Shown here in pieces: positions 1 through 13,410 of a stretch of 64,000 bases of DNA. Both the position numbers and the translations under genes were made by a program. Positions within the stretch are counted from its first letter, which is position 1. Each line of letters begins with the position of its first letter. The DNA is from Sminthopsis crassicaudata (Eukaryota). The notes below the pieces were generated by a model. The model did no database searches, had not been told where the DNA came from, and saw only the letters and a list, made by a program, of their open reading frames with translations. The DNA lies in NCBI RefSeq assembly GCF_048593235.1, contig NC_133623.1, positions 14,934,211-14,998,210 on the forward strand. Reading direction: 5' to 3'.

Positions 1-127
1 CTGGTTGCCTAGTGCTAAGCATTGATTAGAATCCAAACCTACATCTGACTACATGGTCCATGGTGCTTCTATTAGGTAGCTGCTAAGCCATGTCACTCTC
101 TTCCCTCTTCGTGTTCCTAGAAATAGT

Positions 128-282
128 AATGTAAAAAAAATGAACAAATATGATCTTATTTTATCCTGACAATCTTGAAAAGTAGGTGCTATTATTATCT
201 CCATTTTGCTGATGAGGAAATTGAGACAAATGGAAGTTAAATAACTTGCTCGGTATTTCACACAGCTAGCCAGTGTCTGAGA
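128..282 (-). mobile_element. MIR/core-SINE fragment
   Basis: Antisense CORE motif 'gtaggtgctattattatctccattttgctgatgaggaaattgagac...aacttgct...cacacagctag'; family from recalled consensus. Confidence 0.6.
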
Positions 283-3200
283 AACGGCCTCTTGATGTTC
301 CTAGAGCAAACGGTAGAGAAGAGAAGGCCTTATGCCTTGGTGAAATAGGAAGTTGTTTGTTGGCCATGTGAAGGGTGTGCCAAAGACCCCCTATTCGAAA
401 CTCTTTCTCTCATTGAGCTGTCACTGATGTCTGAAAAGTCACCATTTCGTCACTTTTTATTCAACATTATCCTCTGCAGACAGCCCTCTTTTATTCTCTA
501 AGTACTGCAGAGGAGAGGAACACAGCCTCAGATCATTAGCATCCAGTATGACTGGCTCCATTGTAAACATGAGAACCCTGAGTTCCTGCAATGGCGATAG
601 AGAGTGCTCATGGTGTAAGAAAGCCAGCATCAAGTCTTATATTGGGTTATTTTTTTTAGGATAAACACCACTCTTCTGGCATACCATTTCATCTAGAGAA
701 TGGAAGTCTAGCATGGAGAATGTGGTCAATGTGTTGCCAACCTTGAGACAGTGGTGTTACTCAGTTTGTGTTATCTTTTCTTCATTTAACTGCCAGACTT
801 CTCTTGACATTAACTAGGATTTGGACTCAACCCTTAACATATCCCCTTGCTGTGCAATGTCATGAAAAGACCACTGATATTGCTTTTCTTGATCTTTCCA
901 AGCTCTCTTTACTTCTCTTATAGCTTTTCAATAGACAAGGTTAGCCACTCATCTGTATACATTTCCTTTGTGAGGAATTGTCTGTTTTCCACACTGGCAC
1001 ATTGAAAAGCCGGCATGTCAGTCTGAGTTTTCATCCTTAAGTGTGAATTATATAATTCTTTGGCTTAAGTGAGTGAACTATAGCCAGCTTGTAATTTTCT
1101 GCACGACAGCACAAATATTATCTCCTAAAGCCAGGAAGAGAGGCATGGCCTTCGGTGGCTATGGGGCCAATAATGGGCGTTTTGTCTTGATTTTTCTATA
1201 AAGTTTTAATTAGTAGTAAAAAGCTCTTCAGGAGCATGACTGACTGATGAAGAACCCCCTCAGAGGTCCAAGGTGCAGCATAGGACATAGAATTCCTTTC
1301 ATCCAGTTAGCTCAGTTGTACTTAATATTGAGTCCTACCTATATCTCGAGCATTCATGACACATGGTTGGAGGTACTTAATCTATGGAGGAAGAATGAAT
1401 TTCGAAGTGAATTCTGCCTGTTGACATCTCAAAGTAAATCCTTTCCTTCTCTTTCTCTCTCTCCCCATTTTGTAAATCTGCCACATTCTCCTCAAGTCAT
1501 GATATTTTGATATTTCAGAAACATACAAAATAATGAATCTCTGGACAGGAGACTGGAGGTCAAAATGTTGGAACCGTAGAGTGGAAACAAATAGGTTATC
1601 ATTGCAAGAAAAGCAGGAATAGTTTTTAAAACGACAACAAGCACAAACAAGAGGCGAGCTGACTTGGTGATGCCTATAAATCCCTGTCATTTGAAAGCAG
1701 CCCAGGGACCTGTGGAAAATGAGTGGTGGCTTATGTCACTCAGGCCAGCTCTGAGCAGGCAGGTGTCCACATTGCAAATTGTACTGATTGGGCCCCCATG
1801 GTAGCCAAAGACAGAAGGAGCCATGGAAATTGAACCCTTCTCGCATTGCCTAGAAATGGCTTCTCCAAATGAGTGTTGAGATCTATGAAGGAAAGCTGGT
1901 TTCTGCACTCTGGATAAAGAACACAGGCCCACAGGAATTCTCTTGTCACTTTGAATATCCATCTCCACCTCTTCTCTATGCACTTCCTTTCTTTCTCCTT
2001 CTAAACAGTTCCCTATGATAATGAAATATTATGAAAACTCCCTCAAATAGTAAAGGAAAATATTAGTTGCTGAGCACATGGTAGGTGCTTATTAAGTACT
2101 TGGTGAATTAACTTAACCACTCCTAATGCCACATGAGATTATTGTGATGATGCAAAATCATATAAAATAGAATAGGAAGGTTTATAAAATGACTTGAGCA
2201 CTCACTCATTTTACCAAAGTTGTGGGGTTGGTGATAGTTGCTGAGGAATACCTCTCCCTTTCCCTTCATCAAGAGAAGGGTATGAGCAAAGAATCCTGAC
2301 AAGGTCTTTCTTGTAGCACTGCAGCTCTTCTGAAGCTTCACAAAGTTCAGTCCCTCTGACTAGTATGCATGTATTTAGGCAGAATATGGGAAGAGGAAGT
2401 GGTGGCTGCAGTAAAAAAGAAACTAGAAAATGGGGAAAGGTGGAGAAAGAGAGCTAAGAATGCATTTTGTAAAAGAAGAGAAAGAGCTTTGGCAGGAATT
2501 CCTCTTTTCCTTGTGACTTTGAAATCCTTTAGATAGAAGTAGGGGGCCACATGGGATCCTGGTTCTCTGGAAAGAGGCTGTGCTTTGCTGGATTTGGCCA
2601 ATGAAAGAAAACCTGAGGGTCTACAAAGGACTTCCAGAAGCAGTTTAGAAAACCACCACTAAATGGTAAATATGCAAAGAAGACCTAGTGCAAGACATCT
2701 TACCTTCTGTGGAGGGTAGAGGGACAGGTCAGGCTGTTGTTACTTCATGAATTTCTTTCAAATTGTGCCTCTGGTTTCTTAGTGAAAATTAATGTCATGT
2801 ATTCAGCATGTGTATATCATAAAAACTGTTAGAGAGAAAAAAATTATTGTATGTCTGATGGTTGCCGTAAGTTATTGTTAGCTACAGTGTATCTACAAAA
2901 AAAAATGCCATTTCATTTGGCTAATGTGTTTAGGAAGGTTTTTATAGAGTGCAAACCAACAGTAATGACCACATTGTACACATAGATCTTTCCCAGCCTT
3001 CATTTGCATGCATAGAATCTTTTGTTGCATCTCTAATTCAGTAATCAAGCCTTTAGGCTGGTGGATTTAAGTCAACCCAGCAAAACATCCTAGCTGGGCC
3101 TATCACTGAAGAAGATCTGGTTGGTTTGGGTTTCTGTTGAAAAACCGTGTTGGTTCCATGCAGTAAGGATGTGAGTAATCTGCCATTGCAAGGGCTTCCT

Positions 3201-4520
3201 ACAACTTTCTTGACTAATGGGCCTACCCAGTTCTGTGAGTCCTCTTTGAGATGCAAGGTGGCTTGGCCAGGGAAAGGAAGAAACAAAGAGGTAGAGATGG
3301 GCAAAGGTTGTGTAAGCTGGAGCAGAATGGGGTCAGAATGGGGGGAAGAGGAGACCACAGAGGAGGATCACCAAATTTCCAAGATCTTTTCACGGCACTG
3401 GTCCCCATTCTGTGCCTCACATTCTGGGGGCAGAGTGAGGAAGCCCAGCATGGCATACCATTCCTGCCTTCTACAGAGGGGAAAAAACAAAGAAGATCAG
3501 AACATGTTTCTTTCTGTTTATGTCTATTCTATCAGCCACTGCTGTCTTGTCTACTTTATAATAGCACAGACTTTAAAGTTAGGAATATATTTTGCACAGT
3601 GTGAACTTACAGTGAATACTCAAAAAATGCCAAAGAATAATCAGCAAAAGAGGGAATTTCCTGCTCAGACATATGTAAATGATTGGCCAGCATCCTCCCC
3701 TCATCAAAGAACCAATCACTTAATGGTTTCTCTTGATCAAAGTCAAGATTAGAACAAAAATCAAAGAGAAGTCTTTTATTTTTAACCAAGAGTTGAAGTT
3801 GGCTTGGGAAATTGTTTCATGCATAAAAAAAGCCAGAAGAAAAGAATCCAAAAGTTCTTTCCGAAGCACAGTGCATAAAATTTTAAGGTAGCAAACAATC
3901 CATGCCCATGACTCATCCATATTACAGGACATTGTCAAAGAGCAGATGTGTTGTCTCAGATGCTGTGGGCTCCAGCTTGTGCAGAGCTCTGAATCAGAAT
4001 CCACATAGTCCTTGGGGGCAGTTAGCATAATTTTATGTGGGATTAAATACAGGCCTAGAAAAAAAGTTGAGATCAGGTACTTGGCTTAGCTATGGAAATG
4101 TAGTTTAAGAGTAAAACATTCTTTCCAAGTCAAGGCCTGGTAGGAGCAGTGTAGCTATACCTGGTAAAACTGAGCAGAGTTAAATTATATTTGAAACCAC
4201 AAAGGGAATTCAAATTTTTATCACTGCCATGCAGGTTGAAATGCTTGAGGCAGCCTGAGTCCATAGTCTTCAGAGGAATCCAAGACGAACAGAACCGTTT
4301 TGCTTTCTCTATCTCCATTAAGTTGAAACTTATATTTCTAGGGCAGAATGGCACCAGTTAATTTATACTCATAAATCCACCAAGTTGGATTCTCCCAGAG
4401 TGGGAGAGTGGGGAGAGTAACTTTCTCCTTGGATACAGATAAGTTAAATCTTTTCCAAACCCATGGGAACTTCCTCAATCTACAAGAACATCTGTGAGGC
4501 AGAGATGCTGACTTTACTAG

Positions 4521-4735
4521 GCCCAGAGAATCAGAGCTGGAAGAGACTTTAGAGGCCAGCTATTCCATTTCCTGCATTTCACAGATGAGGAAACTGAGGC
4601 CCACATCGGGGAATTGACTTCTCTGAAATCACACATCAGGTCATATCTGGGATTGTAAGGGACTTTGGAAATCATCTAAGCCATTCCCCTTGTTTGGAAG
4701 ATAAAGAAAACTGACACCCAGAATGGGCAAATGTC
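4521..4735 (-). mobile_element. Two adjacent MIR3 (Ther-2)-like SINE fragments
   Basis: 'agaatcagagctggaagagactttagagg...cagatgaggaaactgaggccc' followed by a second 'gggactttggaaatcatcta' unit. Confidence 0.55.
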
Positions 4736-4907
4736 CACCAAAAGAAGTATTTGACTTCCAGCAAATGATTGGACTGATGGGAAAGTATACATTGTTTTGG
4801 ATAAAAGGAGCCCTAAATTCATGGAATATAATTGCTCTTGAAACTGAGAGCTTTCCTTTCCAGATCTGATATTTAGTTGGGGAAGGGGAGAAAGAAAAAA
4901 AATTCTT

Positions 4908-5098
4908 AAAGTACCTACTATGTACCAGGCACTGTGCTAAGTATTTTTTTTATTTTTTTACAAATATCTCCCCACAACATGTTCCTCACAACAATCCTAA
5001 GGAGAGGTACTATTATCATGCCCATTTTATAGTTGGGGAAACCGAGACAAATAGAAACAATTTTCATCTCAAGGGCTGGTCCTGACTGCTGTCTAAGT
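4908..5098 (-). mobile_element. MIR/MAR1-like core SINE
   Basis: 'tacctactatgtaccaggcactgtgctaag...tcctcacaacaatcct...tattatcatgcccattttatagttggggaaaccgagac'. Confidence 0.65.
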
Positions 5099-6589
5099 GA
5101 CAACTCCTTTTCCAAGTTTATGGCTGAACAAATAAGAGAGAGAGCCGGTCAGCAGCGGTGATATAGAGCTTTCAGAGTGCAAACTTAGCTTGGTCTTATG
5201 TGTGATGGTTCTATTGCATTGTCCTCTAAGGGCATGTTGAGAGGATTTAGTCCATTCCCCATTTCTACGCATCTCTAATTTAAGCATAATCCAAAGACAG
5301 ATGTAATGCTAAGAGGCATTGAGGAACATCAGGAGCCCATGACAACCTCCATTTGTGCTTTCTCAATTGAGAGGCACAGTGAGCCCTTTGGCATGAAGGT
5401 TCACCATCTTTAAGTATTTGAAAAGCCCCAGCTGCTGCTTGACTTGGATGATGCAGTTATGGGAGCTGTCATACATCTCTGTCTGAGAAAAAGAAGAAAC
5501 CCTTCCTCTTTTATATTGCCACAACATTTGGGTGCTTCTTTGTCTGCCAGACATGATTGGGCTAAAAGTTTGGTTCCATACACGATCTTGCCCTCGAAAG
5601 TTGCTTGCTGGCTTAGCTGGGACAACTTCAAAGGGCAAGATTGTGTCCTGTGTGCCAGTTGCTTCTCCAGGGTGCACTTTTCTATTCATCCCCCTTCTCC
5701 CTTCTGTGTGCGGATTTTAAGCTTCTGGCAATATCCCTTTTCAGCCTCTCAGTAATTAGGATCAGCTGAAGTGCCCTTGCAACTCCTCCTCTGATTTTAA
5801 TTGGAGGTAAACAGAGGCGGTATGCATTCCTGAGAGAGGCTGGCTTCCATAAGGCTGTTTTCCTCATTTCAAACTGACAGGAAAGTGAAACTCTATTTTT
5901 CAGTCAGTTTGAATCCAGGGGGTAGCATCTTTCCTGATTTCTTTTGAGGGTTGGCTGTTCTGATGAGCTTGATTTTTTATTTTTGCACAAAATACAAAAT
6001 TAGATTTCAAAAATGACCCTTTAATGCCCACATTTGGAAATATGTGGAAATATATGTAATGGGTGTGTAGATTTTGTCTTTCTCATATTGAGAAACAGAA
6101 TACTTTCTGAAATTTTTCTAGGAACTTGTTTTTCTTGGCACAGAATCACAGAGGAGAAAAATAAAGCCTTATTTTCTCCACAGTATGTTGTTGTCCCTAG
6201 AGCTAATAGAGGATGGGACAAAGAGGGGCCTTTTCTGCCCCATGCTTAGCAGAAAGATAATGGTGGGGAACTGGATATCCATTAGTTATAAAAGGGAGAG
6301 ATTTATTATTTGGGGAACAGATCTTTGTAGATTTTTGCCTCTTTCTATGTGATACAGCAACTGGCTGAAAACCGAAACTACAAACTGTTTATTTAGGTCA
6401 CACCATTCTGAGGTTTTATTATTTTATTTTGTTGATCTCTTATGTGTTTATTTTTATTTTATTTTTGTATGTATGTTTATACACATACACATACACATAC
6501 ATGCACATTCTGTTTCTCCTCAGTTATTGTACATTCTCTTGTCTTGGCAGGATTATGCATAAGCTTTTATTTTGTCTTTTCTGATGTTC

Positions 6590-7335
6590 TTTCTTCTTTT
6601 GTCTTCCTGGGATGCTGCTTTTTTCCTGATTCTCTTCTGACCCCTTTCACCTCCTGTCTTCTCTTTTCTTGGCCTGTTTGTTTTTTTTTCTTCTATGGCC
6701 TCCTGAGTGTGGGTATCCCTTAAAAGTATTCCTCAGCCCCCTTTTCTTCTTCCCTACATGGTCTCCAGTTAAGTTTGTTCATTTCCATAGCTTCAATGAT
6801 CTATTTCATTAAGTTAACTGCCAAATTAATGTCTCCAGTTGCACCCTCTTCCCTCTAGCCTAATCCTATATTTTAAATGGCTTCCTCAACTACTCTACCA
6901 GAGTGGGTCTATCGATGCCTAAAACTCATCATGACCAAAATTGAACTCAATCAGTTTTCTTCCAAAGCTTGCCTTTCTGTTTAATTTCTCTATTTGTCTT
7001 TCTGGTGCCAGTATTATCTGTGTAGCCCAAGTTCAAAACTTTGGAGTCACCTTTGACTTTTTCATCCATCTCCCATTCCAATTATTTATAAGTTTTGTTC
7101 GTAGCTCACGAATCTGTCTCTTCTTTTCATTTTTGTCACTATGATCCAATTTCAAGCCCTTCTCACCCTATGCATTCACTAGTTTAATATCTTCTTAAAT
7201 GGACTTTCCCTTGCCCCCAACAAGGCTCAGTCATTCAAAAGCCTTCACAACTGGACCTTAATTGACTTTTCAAGCCTAATTTCACAGTCTTTTGCTTTCC
7301 ATACTCTATATTCTAGCTAATGTGGGTTGTTCATT
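6590..7335 (+). mobile_element. L2 LINE relic
   Basis: Pyrimidine-rich decayed L2 ORF2/3' region, e.g. 'aaaactcatcatgaccaaaattgaactc...caaaactttggagtcacctttgac'. Confidence 0.6.
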
Positions 7336-7989
7336 TTCCCTTAGACTTGTCTTATCTTCTTGCTTTTTCCCACAGGCAAAAAATAGATTTCGCTGATGCC
7401 TTGTGGATTCTCTCTTGGGATCTGCCTGGACAGTGAAAAACAGAAGGAAAGTGAGAAACAGAAATCGGGAGTCACCTAATCACAGAATTTCTCCATTAGG
7501 CAGTCCTTTTCTAGCACACCCAAGTAGTCATCAACTTCTCCTCATAGATTTCTAGTGAGAGGATAACAGTAATCTCATGAGAGAACGCGTTTCATTTGAC
7601 TTGGTGAATCAGGAGAATTGGGTTCAGCTTCATGTTTGAAATCTCTTTTGGAGTAGGCCTCAGAGACACAGGCAAGGACTTTTGTAAGATGCCTTAAAAT
7701 CCAGGCATTTTTGTATGTTGGATTTTTTTGGAATCTTTGTATCCTCTGAACAAATAAAAGAATATCCACTTGACTTAAAGGAAGATGAAAAACAACATGG
7801 TATCAGGGGGGGAAAAACATTTTTTTTAATCTAATGGAACTAAAAAATTGTCATGGATAGAGAAAAGGGAAGAAAATTCAGTTCTTGTCTTCATTCTCCT
7901 TGCCCTTCTATTTTGCTTAGATGTTTCCATGATTTTCTCCTTCCTTGTGCTTTTTGACCTTTTTTTTTTTTTAATAAAATCTAGTCAAA

Positions 7990-8835
7990 CACCCTCTTCT
8001 CTTTGATATTCTTTTTTCTCCTGTTCTCCTCCTATGTGTTTGATTGTTCCTTCTCTGTCTTTTTTGCTGGCTCTTCATCCAGGTCATGCCTACTCCTAAG
8101 CTTCTCTCCTAGACCCTCAACTCTTTCTTGATGTCATCAGCCATGATGAATTCAGTTATCAGCTGTAAGTGAATAACTCCTATGTCTACTAATTCAGCTC
8201 TAATCTCTATTTAAACCTCCAATGTCATATTTACATTTGCCTACCAGACATTTGAAACTGAATCTTCTGTAGACATTTTTAACTTAACCTATCTAAAATT
8301 GAACTTGTCTTTTGCTCACAAATTCTCCCCTCTTCAGACCTTCCCTATTACCACCATCTGGGTTCCCAATGGGAACTCCCATAGAGAGGAAACCTCTAAA
8401 TCAGCCAGGTTCATAAAGTTCAGTATCATTCTGGACTCGAAATTTTTTCTTACCCCTCCATTTCTAATCTTTTATCAATGCTTGTCTACTCTCCTTTTTT
8501 AACATCTCTTGGATCTGCTCCTTTCTCTTGGTGACAGTGTCATCACCCTCACACAGACTCTCAACGTTTCATCCCAGGGCAGTTCCAACAGCTTGTGGAT
8601 GTCCTCCCTGCTTCTAGTTTTTTTGCTACCCTAGTACATCCTCTACTCAGTAGAAGTCAAATTAATCTTCCTAAAGTACAGGTCTGACCATACCACCTAC
8701 TATTAACTAAACTCTTGTGGCTCCCTGTCACTCCAGATCAAATATGAATTCTGCAAATATAAAACTCTGCACAACCTGACCTTTCCTGCTTCCTTCCAAT
8801 GTCCTTACATCTTACTCCTTTCCACACACTCTTGT
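7990..8835 (+). mobile_element. L2 LINE relic
   Basis: 'ttgcctaccagacatttgaaactgaatc...aacttaacctatctaaaattgaactt', 'ttaatcttcctaaagtacaggtctgaccat'; continues after the SINE at 8901-9108. Confidence 0.7.
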
Positions 8836-8900
8836 GCAGCAATATGGTTACTCAAAGGTGTCACTGCATTGACTGATTCTGAGCCTCCCATTCCAGGAAG

Positions 8901-9108
8901 TTTTTTTGTTTTTGTTTTTGTTTTTGTTTTTGTTTGTTTGTTTGTTTGTTTGTTTTTTTTACCCCATAGCCTTTTTTGGCAAGGCATTTGGGTTAAGTAG
9001 CTTGCCCAGAGATATACAGCTTTGAAATTTTAAGTGACTGAGGCTGGATTTGAACTCAGTTCCTCCTGACTTCAGTGCTCTATCTACTACTAAGCCATTT
9101 AGCTGCCC
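8901..9108 (-). mobile_element. WSINE1-like tRNA-derived marsupial SINE with (TTTG)n/(TTTTTG)n tail
   Basis: Antisense head 'ggatttgaactcagttcctcctgacttcag...ccatttagctgccc', core 'gggttaagtagcttgcccag', T-rich repeat tail at 8901-8959. Confidence 0.8.
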
Positions 9109-9109
9109 T

Positions 9110-9310
9110 CTTGATTCCCTTTAAATCCTAGTGCCTTCCTTCTAGTGATTATCTCTAAGTGAGCCTGTTTATTTTGTTTTTACAGAGTTGTTTTCATGTT
9201 GTCTCTCCAGGGAGAGTCTGGACTGTCTTTTTCTTTGTATCCCCAGTGCTTATCAGTGCCTGACAGCTAATAAATGCTTAATAAATGCTTGTTGACTGAC
9301 TGACTGACTT
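9110..9310 (+). mobile_element. L2 3' end
   Basis: 'tttgtatccccagtgctt...aatgcttaataaatgcttgttgactgactgactgac' is the typical L2 terminus. Confidence 0.7.
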
Positions 9311-10194
9311 CCCACTTGGCCAAAATTCCTACTGAGGGAAAAAAAGAAAAACAAATCCCCGGGCTTATATTATACAAACACACAGGAAGAAGCTGGCTGG
9401 GGACTACCTGAGCTGACAAGAGGGAAGAGCAGCCAGCGGTTCAGCAGCAAGTCCCTTCCTTCTGCCCTTGGTGCCTGATGGAGCCATCTCTACAAGGAAT
9501 GACAATTTCATTGCTTTTCCTTGACTGAACAGTAAATGTGCAATGAAGCAAATTATCTTCAACAATTATACAAATAATATACTGAAGTAATTAATCCCAT
9601 TGAAGCTATTTTGATCCAGGTTAGTTTGAAGACAATTTCCTGTACATGCTGAAACCCAGAAGGAATAAGTGAGTGATGAGGAAAGATACTCATTTTTCAT
9701 TCAAGAATCAGTACTTGGGGATCCAGAAACAATTCTGTGCTTTATTTTAAATGCTTGTTGGAGAGAAGGAGTGGAGTATGGGGTAGGGATATACACAGGC
9801 TGAAACAAGCATTCTGCTCAGGCAGCAAAGGACAATGAAAAGAAAAGTTTCATATGAGAGCTGGCTGAGGTCCCACTTTACATGGAAGTTGTGGATTCCA
9901 TGGTTGTAGACATGTGGGGGTGGTTTATAGTCAACATCACTGGAAATTAGAATTTGATTATAACATCATTATGTTTGAACATTAAACCATATTATAATAT
10001 AAAGAATCTATCAGGGTCTTATTTATTTATTTGTTTGTTTATTTATTTATTTTTACTTTGTGGTTCACCTTATTGACTTGTACATCCTGTAAAATTCTTT
10101 CCATTGTTCTCCCCTCCCTCTAACAATAATAAGGTGAAGTGAATAAGGTCTTAGTGTGCCTTGAGAGCATAGGAATAAGCAGACAACCATCTCA

Positions 10195-10760
10195 TGGTCC
10201 CACCATTCTATGACCTGGTCAGAGTATTGTATTTACTTCTGGCCTCCACATTTTGGGAAGGACACTGATGAATTTGCTATAGAGTGGGGTACCACAATGG
10301 TGAAGGGCTTTAAGATCTTGCTGTATGAGAATCAACTCAAAGAATTGGAGAAATGGAGAACACAAGCTTCAGGTGGAGCATGATAGCTCCTTTTAGAATT
10401 TGAAAGACTATTATGTGAAAGAGGGATTAGTTTTGCTCTGTTTGGCTCCAGAGAGCAGAACTAGGAAGCAATGAGGTTGTTGTAAAGAGGCCAATCTGGA
10501 CTTGGTTTCAGAGGGAAAAAAAATAAAATAAAAATAAAGTTACCCTGAGCCTTCCTCACAATTCTGGCTTTCCCTGGGTGGAATGGGCTGCCTCAAGAAG
10601 GGATGGCTTGACCTTCCTTGGAAATCTTTGGACAAAGGCTTCATCATTTTTTAACCTTGGAAAGAGCATGATTTTTTTTTTTTCTGGTGGGAGTTGAACA
10701 TTTCATTGAACCACATCAAGATTCTGCAACTAGCTTTGGACAGAGAGTTACATCATGATT
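10195..10760 (+). mobile_element. CR1/L3 LINE 3' fragment
   Basis: 'ttctggcctccacattttgggaaggacactga', 'ggagcatgatagct...ttgaaagactattatgtgaaagagggattag', 'ggaatgggctgcctcaagaag'. Confidence 0.7.
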
Positions 10761-13261
10761 TGGCCAGGGAGGTCCTTTCTAAATCTGGTGCTCCTTGCTA
10801 TCTTGATATAGAAGGCAACTGTATGTCACAGCAAAGTACTGTGTGATGATATCCTCTCATGTGATACATTTATATATGATGCTCTCGGGTTTTGCTTATC
10901 GTTGGTTCATTTTGCAAATGCTTAACACCTTAACCTTCTCCCTTTTTCAACCTTAGCTCCAGATTATCCAATTTCCACTTTCTCCATCCTCTTTTCAAAT
11001 AATAAATTATGACAAGGGTGTGGTTACCATGAACTAGTGTCCCCCTGAGGATGATGCAATCCATGAGACCTTAATGGTGACCCCAAAGTACAGATGATTT
11101 ATGGCTTTCTGTAAGTCTCCTTAGGCGTACACCTCAATGTGCAACATCTCATAAATTATATTGCATGCTGTAAAAAGCCATCAATTGTCATTCTTCTTGT
11201 GAGTTATTACCATTAAAGACGATTATACCCCACTGCTATTGGGAGTTTCAACAATTTCCTTACCAATTCCCCTCTTAATGATTTCAGCATCTGCAAAAAG
11301 GGGAAACTGTAGATGTAGTGGATGATTAGGCAGTACAATTGCCTTCAAGCTGTAAAGTCAGAGGTTAAACTACTTTCCAGTGAAAATATAATCAACTACC
11401 CACCACCAACCTTATCACTGGGCATTTCTGAGGAACAATTAAACCAGGTTCTCTGTTTCCATTTATCTTGTTTACATTTGCATAATAGAAATCAATGGAA
11501 ATCTATTGAAACACAGAGTATTAACTTGCAATCAGCCAGGCACAGTCTTGGAGGGGAAGCTTGTCAGTTCTCCATAGGCAACCACTGCAGAAATCAGAAC
11601 TTGATTTTTAAACACACCCATGTGCTACTCCATGAATTTAGCCTCTGAACTGTGATTGAAAATTCTCCAGTGGCCTGGAAAGTCTTTCAAATGAGTATAG
11701 CAAAATCAAATGCCCAGTGGCTTAGCTTTGCAGGTGTTCTGGCTCTCTGGTATCAATGATGGCTCCCCAGATTTACTGGGCAACTTGTTCCCCCACAGAA
11801 TTGGAGCCCCTACTTGTATCTCACCTTCAATTTACCCACTTAGGGATTCGCAAAAGATTTTCCAGCTTTTCACGTTGATCTCTGTTCCCCTTTGAAGTAC
11901 AGAATCTTATTCTTGGGTTTCTGACGATTGAGCTGGGGCATTTTGAAACTAACAAGAACCTTAGAAACTATATTCAAAACTACCAAATAATTTCTCATCT
12001 ATCTTTTTTTCTTTCAGCAAGATTATTATTTTCTCTGAAGAGGGGTACAACAATGGTAGATTTCTGAAGGATTTGCCAATTTCCCTGTTCTTGCCACACC
12101 TTTATTTTATCCCTTACTTTAGAGATTATCTTCTCTTCCCTGGTTGAATTTTGCATTTTAGAGCAATTCCTCCAAATATCTTGTTAATCTCTTTATCTTA
12201 AGCATGATAAAAATGATGATTATGATAAAAAATTAATGTTAACATCTTGTTAGCCATTTTTGTCGCATTATAACAAAAAAAAAAAAAAAAGCTTCTTATA
12301 TTGTTTTTTTCCCCAATGACTTTTACATTCATGGCTAATGTTTGCCATCTAGTGGTCAAGATGAACTTCCTGCTGAAATGTAACAATATTTATTCTTTTC
12401 TGCTGGATTGAGGATGGAGGGGGGAGGGAGGGCAGGCTGAGCTGGTTCCACCATTTTGATTGGTTTGCTAAATCAATTTCAGCAACATTTTACCAAATTT
12501 TCAAGTAACTGGGACTATTTGGTCATGCTTACTCATGGCTTAGGCATTAGGGCATGCACGAATCTATTGAAAAGATTACTAAAAATAAATAGGAAAATAT
12601 AACATACTTGGGGTTTACTCAAAGCAATCTGTATCTGTAATTTACATGGAGTTTTTAACCTTTCATGATGTACTGCTTGATCGAAATTTAGAGGTGATTC
12701 TAGACAGGAAATATAATACCTCAGAGAACTGTTGATCTATTTTCATAAAAGGTTCACATACTGAGAACATCCAGTTAGAGGACTAATCAAATTGGATATA
12801 TGATTTCTTGAAGGATATCTTAATATCTGAACCAATTTTTTGTCTTTTGATCTAAGGTTATGAAGGTTTTGGGATGCTGGGTTGTTGTTTTTTTTTTAGT
12901 GTTTTTCTTTTTCTTTTGCTTGTTTGAAATCAAGCCATTATAATTTGTCATACTGAGAGAAGAGTTTTTTATTCAAAATACTTGATTCTGTGTTTTGCCA
13001 GAGCTGTCATTACTGCTCTGTCATGATTGTTTAATAACCAGGATTGGATTATTCAACCTTAGCCATCAGCAAGTGGTCCCTCTGACTTTGGGGAGGATCA
13101 TTTAACTGAGGATAAAAAGCCATTTGTTAGGAGGCAGGAAGTTGGATAAGGAATTGAGGCCAATGGAAGAATGGGACCAGAGACTGCTGGTACTGCTCTG
13201 GAGGTGAAAGGGAAACCCAGCAGGTTTTGATGCTGCAGAGACCAACCTTTCAGAGCTGGAA

Positions 13262-13410
13262 TAGTAGGATGTAGCAGATAAGAATGCTGCACTTGGAGTT
13301 TGAAAGCTCTGCTTTTGAATCCTGCCTCTGGTATTTACCAGTTATATGATCATGGAAAAGTCAGTTGATCTCTTTAAGCCTCTATTTCCTCATGAAAAAT
13401 ATAGGACGAT
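13262..13410 (+). mobile_element. MIR core SINE
   Basis: 'gcacttggagtttgaaagctctgcttttgaatcctgcctctg...tctctttaagcctctatttcctcat'. Confidence 0.6.

Noticed and set aside
600-850. Minus-strand peptide GWQHIDHILHARLPFSR*NGMPEEWC resembling an APE endonuclease IDY motif
   Set aside because: Only one short motif; flanking frames did not give further collinear LINE motifs.
1670-1760. TATAAAT followed by an ATG as a promoter or first exon
   Set aside because: The ATG frame closes after 11 codons, there is no CpG island, and the splice donor is weak.
3147-3752. 201-aa ORF, the longest in unique sequence
   Set aside because: GTG start, no recognisable domain, composition looks like translated non-coding DNA; an ORF this long is not surprising at the locally higher GC. 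Needs homology or ribosome-profiling support.
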